Source: Octopus sinensis
Taxonomy: Eukaryota
DNA length: 55,120 nt
NCBI RefSeq assembly: GCF_006345805.1
Contig: NW_021833792.1
Location: forward strand, 1 to 55,120
Direction of reading: 5' to 3'
Made by a program: the position numbers and the translations under genes. The notes under the pieces were generated by a model, which saw only the letters and a program-made list of their open reading frames with translations, did no database searches and was not told the origin of the DNA. Positions 46,204 to 55,120 of this stretch are shown in pieces; the stretch's first letter is position 1; each line of letters opens with the position of its first letter.

Positions 46204-46439
46204 AAGGGGCTATTAATCTATGGAAGAAAAGGAAAGACATTATATATAGTATATTGTTTCAGTATGTTGGTAAAGTTTTAATAAATCTTAATATGGTGAT
46301 TTGAAAACAAATATAAAACACTTTACCTTTCACTTATTTAACATCTGTTGTTGGATAAATTGTAAAAGTTTTGACTGAGCATACGATAGTTAATTCACTA
46401 AAGGGTATGGTGTTAAGTGATAGGAAGAAATGAAAGAAC

Positions 46440-46810
46440 GAAGTATTAAAATTTACTCTTCCCTTCAGTAAGCACATTCTGTTTCTTCCACTCTGTCCCT
46501 GTCTGTCGTTCTCACATTCTCTGTGTCTCTGTTTCTTCCTGTCTCCTCTTCTTTCCTGATATCAGCCACTCTCATTATGCCATCACATTTCCCTGAACCT
46601 AACACTTTTGCATCCCTCTCATTTTATCATATAATAAGCCCAACCCTCATAGTCAACCCATTATCGATTTTTATTGAAATCCAATTAGCCTATAAGTGGT
46701 TGTTAGCTCAACATGTATGCCAGGTTTGGTGAAGATTGGTTCACTGGTTTGGGCAGCAAGATGGTAATAGACAGACAGACAGACAGAAATTGCCATTTAT
46801 ACATAAAGAC
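46440..46810 (+). mobile_element. Helitron/DINE-1-like 3' tail
   Basis: atgtatgccaggtttggtgaagattggttcactggtttg...(ACAG)n aaattgccatttatac matches the typical end of this class. Confidence 0.5.
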
Positions 46811-46929
46811 AGAAAATTTTATTCTTTCATTTTAGTCCATTTTTCAATGCTTGCCCTCTCTGGTACAAGCCCCTATTTCCTTTTCCAAGTAAAGGATAAC
46901 ACATATTTTACTGATTTCATTAATCTAAA

Positions 46930-49900
46930 AGGATCCACAATATAACAGGGGTGATGAGAATGTAAACAAGTCATGCAGACATTGAAAAAAAAAATTTGTT
47001 TTTCATGAGAAAATAATTCACACGGAAAGGTTGAAAAATTTTGCATGTAGAGAAATTAAAAACTCAACAGAGGAGTAACAAACCTTTTTGTTGCATATAT
47101 TTTGAGAAAAATCCATAAAATTATGGAAAGCTTGTTAGAAGGTTTAGTTGAGTTGCAAAAACAATGACAAGAACTCAAAGAACAAGAACAACAACAAATG
47201 TTGCAACATATGCTACAACTAATAAAGTTGCTAATAAAACTGGAAAATATGTTTTTGCCAGACCATGTAGAAAATTTAATAAATGGATTTAAATATGACC
47301 TGGAAGAAGGAATCACTTTCGAGGCATGTTACCAAAGATTTTAACAAATTTTTGAAAAAGAATGCTAAGACTGAAGAAATGAAAGCGCATCTAATTCTGA
47401 GGAAACTGGCAACAATAGAGCATGAAAAATACTGTAACTTTATATTGACTAAAAGAGTTTCTGACATAAAATTCATGGACACAACTGACATTTTATGTAG
47501 GATGTTTAGTGAAAAAACATTGTTGTTCAACACATGTTTGAAGTGCTTGAATGCTGAGAAAAGTGATGAATTTACCACATATGTGGGTAGAGTGAACAGA
47601 GAGTGTGAGAGATTTAAACTAGATAAATAAACTCCAGACTTGTTCAAGTGCCTGATTTTTACTCAGGGACTTACTGCTAAAAAGGATGAAGAAATCAGAA
47701 CAAAAATTCTTGCAAAGCTGGAAATGAACCAAGATATAACTCTCCAGAAACTGTCATAAGAGTGCAATATGGTATTGAAAGTAAGGCACGACACAGAAGA
47801 AAACCAACACAGAGATTGTTTACAGATAAAACTAGTGCAAAAAAGTTGGAAGACAGATAAAATGTTTCACAAAAAGCATGATATATATCAGGAGATAAAC
47901 CCATGTATGGCATGTGGTGGTAGGCACCTGAGAAAAGAGTGTCCAAAACAATGAAGTATTTTCATTGTGGGAACACAGGTTACATTAAATTACAATGCAG
48001 ATCTAAGATGACAAAAAATTGGATCAAACAAGAAAAAATAAATAGTTTGTCATCAGAGAAAATAGTTTGTACAACAAACAGAAAATTCATGAAGGTGAGA
48101 ATTGAAACCACTAGTGTCAAGATGCAATTAGACACAGGTAGTGACATCACTAATCATAAATGAAGAAACATGGCAACAAATTGGTAAGCTGAAATCCTTT
48201 AAATCAAATAAAGTAGCATATGGTGTTACAGGAAAGAAATTATATTTCATTGGCGAATGTATTTGCAATGTAACTTTTCAAGGTGAAACGCAAAGGACAA
48301 TCATTTATGTGTTACAAAAATCACTAAACCTATTTGGCAGAGAATGCATGGAGTTATTTAAAAGGTGGGACACCCCCATTAGTGTTCTCTGTGAAAACGT
48401 AGTTGGTTAAAAGTTCGAATGAAGTCGATCAGCTGAAACAAAAAGAACTTTTAATTGTTTCCAAATGTTTTTTTGGAAAGATTAGCCTGTTGCACTCAAA
48501 CAAAAGTAAGGATCGTGGTAAAAGGAAAAGCAACACCTGTTCTTAGGCCCAAACAGAATGTACTGTTTGCAGCAGACTAGAAAGTTTAGTTATAATTGAA
48601 GAAGTTGACGATTCAGACTGGGCAGCTCTGATGGTTTATGTAAAGAAAAAAACTAATAAACTAAGAGAGTGTGCAAACTTTTCAACTGGATTAAATTACT
48701 GTTTATTTTAACACAGTTTTAACACAACTATCCATTAACAACAACAGAGGTATTCCTAAAACTAAATGGTCTCAAAGTCAGACCTCTTGGAGGCCTATCC
48801 ACAGATACAGGTACACGAAGATTATGCACAGTTTTTAACAATCAGCACACACTGTGGATTGTATAAATTCAAGCAGCTTCCTTTTGGAGTAAAACTGTTA
48901 CCTGCCATATTCCAACAAGTGATGGATGTATTGTTAAATGATTGTGACATTCAAATATTTGGGTCAAGTAATTGACAAAAGGGGATGATGGTCAAACCCA
49001 TCAAGGGCGATGGCAATACAGAATATGCCTCCCCCAATGAACGTCAAATTGTTACAAGCATTTTTAGGCTATATATATTATCAAGTATATATCCCGAACA
49101 TACACAACACAAGGGATCCACTAAACAAGCTGTTAAAAAAAGATGCCAAATGGTTTTGGTCAGAAAAATGCCAGAAGGCATTTGAGGAACTAAAAAGCAA
49201 GCTAACTTCAGATTTGTCATTTACACACTTCGATCCAAAGTTGGAAATGAAACTGGCAACAGATGCTATTGAGTACAGGGTAGTGCTGTACTCCTACACA
49301 AATGTGAAGATGGCAGCTAAAAGGCCATAGCTCATGCACAAAAGACGCTATTGCCAGTGAAAAAAATTATATCCAAATTGAAAAAGAGGCATTGATGATT
49401 ATATTTGGTATAAAAAAAGTTCCATAGGTTTATACTTAGTAGACGGTTTAGACTACAAACAAACCAAAGCCTGTTGCTAGTGATTTATGGATCCAAGAAA
49501 GGAATCCCAGTACATACAGCAAACAGGTTGCAGCGATGGGGCACTGTACTACTAAACTATGACTACGCAATAGAATTTACCTTCGAAAAAGTTAGGACAT
49601 GCTGACCGAGGGGAAAATTGAACACATAATGTGGAACATTGTATGAGAGTTACCAATAACTCTGGAGGAGATAAAGCGACATGCATCAAAAGACAAGTTC
49701 ATTAATGAAACAAAAAGATTCTGTGGTCAGTGAAAGAAAACAAAAAAAAGATCAAGAAGTAAACATATATTCAACATGCAATGGTGTACTGATGTATGGC
49801 CAAAGGGCAGTGATATCTAAGACTCTACAAAAAAGAATGTTGAAAGAATTCCATATTGGATATCTGGGGATTGCAAGGATGAAAGCAATTATGTGCAGTT

Positions 49901-51142
49901 ATGTGTACTGGCTGAAGATGGACAAGGAAGTTGAAAATGTAGTAAAAGGATGTGCTCTCGCAGCGAAATTGCCTACTCAAAAATGAGAGTTTTGGTTAGA
50001 ATTAAAAGGTCTATGGACAAGACTACACATCGATTTTGTGGGTCCATTAAATGGTTATTACAACTTAGTAGTAGTTGACAGTTTTACAACTGCCAGAAAT
50101 TGTTAAGTGCAAAAGACCAACCTCCACAGTAGTAATAAATTTTTTGCACAAATTATTTGCAAGATTCGGTATCCCATACATGTTGTATCTGATAATGGAA
50201 CACAATTTGTGTCCAGTGAATTTAGAAAATTCAGCAAAATGTTCACAGTAGAACATAAAACAATAGCACCTTACTATCCCAGATCAAATGAAAAGGCAGA
50301 GCATTTTGTGGACACTTTTAAAAGAGCTTTGAGAAAAGCAAACAAGGAAGCCACAGACGAAGTTGCTCTACAGCAACTCCTAAAGATATACAGGGTAATA
50401 CCAAACCCCAATACACCAGCAGGAAGCTCACCAGCTGAACTAATGTCCACAAGGAAGGTGAAATCAGTTTTTGATAAACTGTTACCTGGCGAGGAAAGAA
50501 AAAGTACCAAGAAAGACAGTCTAAAATTTTTCAAAATTGGTGATAAGGTGTACAGGAGGTCATATAAAAATGGAACACAGTACTAGGAAGAAAACAAAAT
50601 TACAAAGTACATAGGAAAAATGATGTACAGAAGTAAAAGCAGAAAAGGTATTGAAAAAGACAGAAACCAACTGAAGAAGAGATTTATAGAAAATGAACCA
50701 GACAAATTGGAAGAACCTATGGAATGGCAGTAAGACACATTCAGGTACCAACGCCATTGATCCCACTTGTACAAGTGGAAGAAAAAGGAAGAACACAGAA
50801 ATCCTACATAATAAATGCCAAAAACAAAAAAATATTAAGCTGGAAAAAATGCTAAAACGGGAGGAGGAGTGAATGAAGTAAAATAAAATTACTGGCTTCC
50901 CAAAGAGAAAAAAACAACCTAAAAAGTGAGATGTAGTGAAAATGGTACACTTCTTCCCAAAGTGATATGAGTTACCGTCAAGGTAGATGTTTCAAGTTAT
51001 TGTATTGCAGAGCTATCAGTGATAGCATGATAGACAAGTCAAAGATAATAAGACGCGGAATACCACCACAACATAATAAAGGTGACAAGATATTACAGTG
51101 GCAACAACAATACACAAATGGATGAGGATCCACACTATAACA
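46930..51142 (+). mobile_element. Ty3/Gypsy LTR retrotransposon, decayed; 3' LTR 50932-51142
   Basis: Gag, protease LDTGSDI, RT (DLLEAYPQI, LPFGVK...FQQVMD), RNase H (LATDA), integrase (VSDNGTQF, PYYPRSN..E); LTR TGT...ACA; the last 18 bp of the 5' LTR remain at 46930-46947, followed by a degenerate PBS. Confidence 0.92.
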
Positions 51143-51145
51143 TGC

Positions 51146-51187
<42 letters not shown>

Positions 51188-51245
51188 TATATCTATATAT
51201 ATATGTATATATATATATATGTATATATATATATAGTATAGATAC

Positions 51246-51276
<31 letters not shown>

Positions 51277-51468
51277 GATAGGGATATATATATATATAAT
51301 GGATATATATATATATGTATATATATATATATGTATATATATATATGGTATATATATATGTATATATATATATATGTATATAATATATATATGTAGATAT
51401 ATATATCTAGTATATATATATATATGTATATATAGATATATGTATATATATATTATGTATATAATATG

Positions 51469-51515
<47 letters not shown>

Positions 51516-51517
51516 GT

Positions 51518-51572
<55 letters not shown>

Positions 51573-51694
51573 GTATATATATATATTATATATATATATG
51601 TATAGATATAGATATGTATAGGTATATTAAGTATGTATATTATATAATATGTATATATATATATATTATATGTATATATTATGTATGATATATG

Positions 51695-51725
<31 letters not shown>

Positions 51726-51872
51726 GTATATATATATATAGGTATATGTATATATATATATATATGTATATATATATCATATGTATATATAATATATATG
51801 ATATATATATATAGATATGTGATATATATATATTATGTATATATTATATATATGTATAATATATATATATAT

Positions 51873-51915
<43 letters not shown>

Positions 51916-52936
51916 AATATAGATTATGGTAGATATATATATGGATATATATATATATATGTATATATGTATATATATATATATATATATATGTATTATA
52001 TTGTATGTATAAAATAAAAAATAATGTATATATATGTTATAGATAAATATATATAATATATTATGTATATATATGTAGATATGTATATATATGTATAATA
52101 TATATATGTATAATATATACAATATATGGTGTATATATATATGATATATATATATATGTATAATGTGTATATATATATATATGTATAATGTAATCTATTA
52201 GTTGTATATTATAGAATAAATGTCATATATATGTATTATGTAACATATGTATAAATGTATAGATATATGTATATATGTATATATATTATATATATATATA
52301 TGTATATATGTATATATATATGTATCTATATATGTATATATATATTATGTATATATATATGTATTGTTATTGTATTGCAGAGCTATCAGTGATAGCATGA
52401 TAGACAAGTCAAAGATAATAAGACGCGGAATACACCAACAACATAATAAAGGTGACAAGAATATTACAGTGGCAACAACAATACACAAATGGATGAGGAT
52501 CACACTTAACATGCATATATATATTATATATATATATATATAAGATATATACGAGATAATATATAATATATGTATGTATATTATATATATGTATATAGAT
52601 AGTATATATATGTATATATTTATATATATATATATCTATGTAATATATATAATATGTATTCCATAATATATATAAAAATAGAGCCATATATCTATATATA
52701 TATAGATATATATATGTATATATATATGTATATGCTATATATATATAGTTATATATATCCGTATCAGTATATATAATATGTATATATTATATATCTGTAT
52801 ATATATATAAATATATATATGTATATACAATGATATATATATGTCTATATAATATATATGTATAGATATATTAATGTATATATATAGTAGTATATATATA
52901 TATGTATATCTATATATATGTCGATATAGATATATG

Positions 52937-52967
<31 letters not shown>

Positions 52968-53137
52968 TATAGATATATATATATATATATATAGATATAT
53001 ATGTATATATATATATATATGTATATATATATGTATATATATATGTATATATATATGTAGATATATATATATATATGTATATATATATGTATTTATAATA
53101 AGATATATGTATAATATATTATTAGTTATTATATAAG

Positions 53138-53171
<34 letters not shown>

Positions 53172-53216
53172 GTATATATAATATATAATGTATATATATA
53201 TATATATATATTATAG

Positions 53217-53254
<38 letters not shown>

Positions 53255-53299
53255 TATATATATATATATATGATATATATATATGTATATATATATATG

Positions 53300-53332
<33 letters not shown>

Positions 53333-53361
53333 GTATATAAAAATTATGTATAGATAATATG

Positions 53362-53394
<33 letters not shown>

Positions 53395-53599
53395 GTATAT
53401 ATATGTATATATGATATATATGTATATATATATATATGTATATATATATATGTGTATATATATATGTATATATATATATATGTATATATGTGTATATATA
53501 TTATATATGTATATATGTAGATATATATATGTATGTATATATATGTATAAATGTATATATAGTATATAGTATATAAGTATAAATGTATATATATATGTA

Positions 53600-53642
<43 letters not shown>

Positions 53643-53734
53643 ATATATATATGTATATATATGTATATATATATATATGTATATATAGTGTATATATGTA
53701 TATATATATGTATATATATATATATATATGTATG

Positions 53735-53783
<49 letters not shown>

Positions 53784-53803
53784 GATATAGATTATATATA
53801 TAT
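51143..53803. repeat. Noisy (TA)n/(TATG)n microsatellite, 2.6 kb
   Basis: Read directly; contains a second copy of the LTR end at 52366-52520. Confidence 0.95.
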
Positions 53804-53827
53804 ATTTTTTTTTTTTTAGCTTATCAT

Positions 53828-54570
53828 ATAGATAGCTAAAAAAAAATTTTTCTTTTCACTTCTTGACTGCCGCACTACATTCGCCTGCTTGTTTGTTTAC
53901 ATCGTCTTTCCTAAATATCCCCTTATTATCATGTGCTGTCAATTTCTCCCCTTCTCCATATCACTTTGTCTGTTCTTCGCCCTAAATTATCCTTCATTTT
54001 TATGCGCTGATAATTTCTCCAACTTCGCGCATTCGCCTGCTTGTTTGTTTACATCGTCTTTCCTAAATATCCCCTTATTATCATGTGCTGACAATTTCTC
54101 CCCTTCTCCATATCACTTTGTCTGTTTTTCGCCCTAAATTATCCTTCATTTTTATGCGCTGATAATTTCTACCTTTTCTCCATGTTACTACGATAATTAT
54201 CTACGATAATTTGCCCAAACTTCGCTATCTTGAAGTCTGTTTCTTTAGTAAACTTCCACCTTGTCCGCCCTTGAAACTCAAAATCCCCTTCCGGTCAATC
54301 TATACTTAAAAGGACACCCCATGTGCTCTATTACTCATTCATCTAGCTGCGACCAATGCCAGAATATAGATAAGCTAAAAATTTTTCTTTTCACTTCTTG
54401 ACAGCCGAACTACATTCGCCTGCTTGTTTGTTTATATCGTCTTTCCTAAATATCCCCTTATTATCATGTGCTGTCAATTTCTCCCCTTTCTCATATCACT
54501 TTGTCTGTTCTTCGCCCTAAATTATCCTTCATTTTTTATGCGCTGAGAATTCTCCAACTTCGCGCATTCG
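53828..54570. repeat. ~152-bp unit repeated three times (53878-54029, 54030-54170, 54413-54570)
   Basis: cattcgcctgcttgtttgttta.atcgtctttcctaaatatcccc...tgcgctga.aatt; copies nearly identical and CpG-rich. Confidence 0.9.
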
Positions 54571-54825
54571 CGGTGCAAACGCCCCTGCCCACCCCACCAC
54601 CAATACAGGATATCTCTATTTTGCTCCATCTATACCGGATATCTCTTTCTCCACCACCATTATGGTGTCTACTCCTCGAACCCCCCCTCTTCCAACCTAA
54701 CTATTTCCACCATGTATACCCTCGTGATATCCTACGTTCTACTTGTCTAGAACCTGTCATCGTTTCTCCGTACACCCTCCCCACTGGTGCTCCCCTATAT
54801 TACTGCCACCCTCTCCCCATCCCCC

Positions 54826-55118
54826 GATGCAGCACCGCCTTGACTGGCTTCTGTGCCGTAGCACAACAAAAAAAAAAAAGCACCAACTGATCGTGGCCGA
54901 TGCCAGACCCCTCTGGCACCTGTGCAGGTGGCACGTAAAAATCACCCACTACACTCGCGTGAGTGGTTGTGGCATTAGGAAGGGCATCAAGCTGTAGTAG
55001 AAACACTGCCAGACCAGACTGGAGCCGGGGGCAGCCCTGGCTCCCAGACCCCGGTCGAAACCGTCCAACCCGTGCTAGCGTGGAAAACGGACGTTTAAAC
55101 GATGATGATGATGATGAG
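54826..55118 (+). mobile_element. RTE-tail SINE-like copy
   Basis: Same tail as 24175-24563, ending in (GAT)n. Confidence 0.85.
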
Positions 55119-55120
55119 GA

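Noticed and set aside
46327-46397. AG...GT-bounded segment on the minus strand as a possible upstream SLC1 exon
   Set aside because: In-frame TAA in the required phase and no SLC1 similarity; upstream exons probably lie beyond the window.
51263-53819. Many Y/I/M/C-rich ORFs
   Set aside because: They are translations of (TA)n/(TATG)n microsatellite.

Overview
Eukaryotic, AT-rich, repeat-saturated genomic DNA. The repeat repertoire (RTE LINEs ending in (GAT)n, tRNA-derived SINEs, Penelope-like elements, long (TA)n) looks like a coleoid cephalopod, probably Octopus; this is an inference. The only host gene I can support is the 3' half of an SLC1/EAAT-family transporter on the minus strand. It has four well-supported GT-AG exons in one continuous frame (40722-40848, 30033-30266, 18570-18764, 8398-8532) and a candidate terminal exon (7530-7662). 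The transport motifs are strongly altered (NMDG to NAGG, proton-site Glu lost, possibly no TM8 Asp/Arg). The 10-11 kb introns are filled with decayed transposons: Tc1, two mariners, piggyBac, hAT, Helitron-like elements, Gypsy, and RTE, R4/Dong and Tx1 LINEs. The most notable non-genic signal is a cluster (about 26.4-29.8 kb) of Penelope-derived, mostly non-coding palindromic or partially tandem elements in (TA)n tracts. They carry type I hammerhead ribozyme motifs, several in the sense orientation of the SLC1 pre-mRNA, and one is fully canonical. No prokaryotic features, CRISPR arrays, rRNA or functional tRNA genes were seen. All calls were made by eye, so transposon boundaries are approximate.
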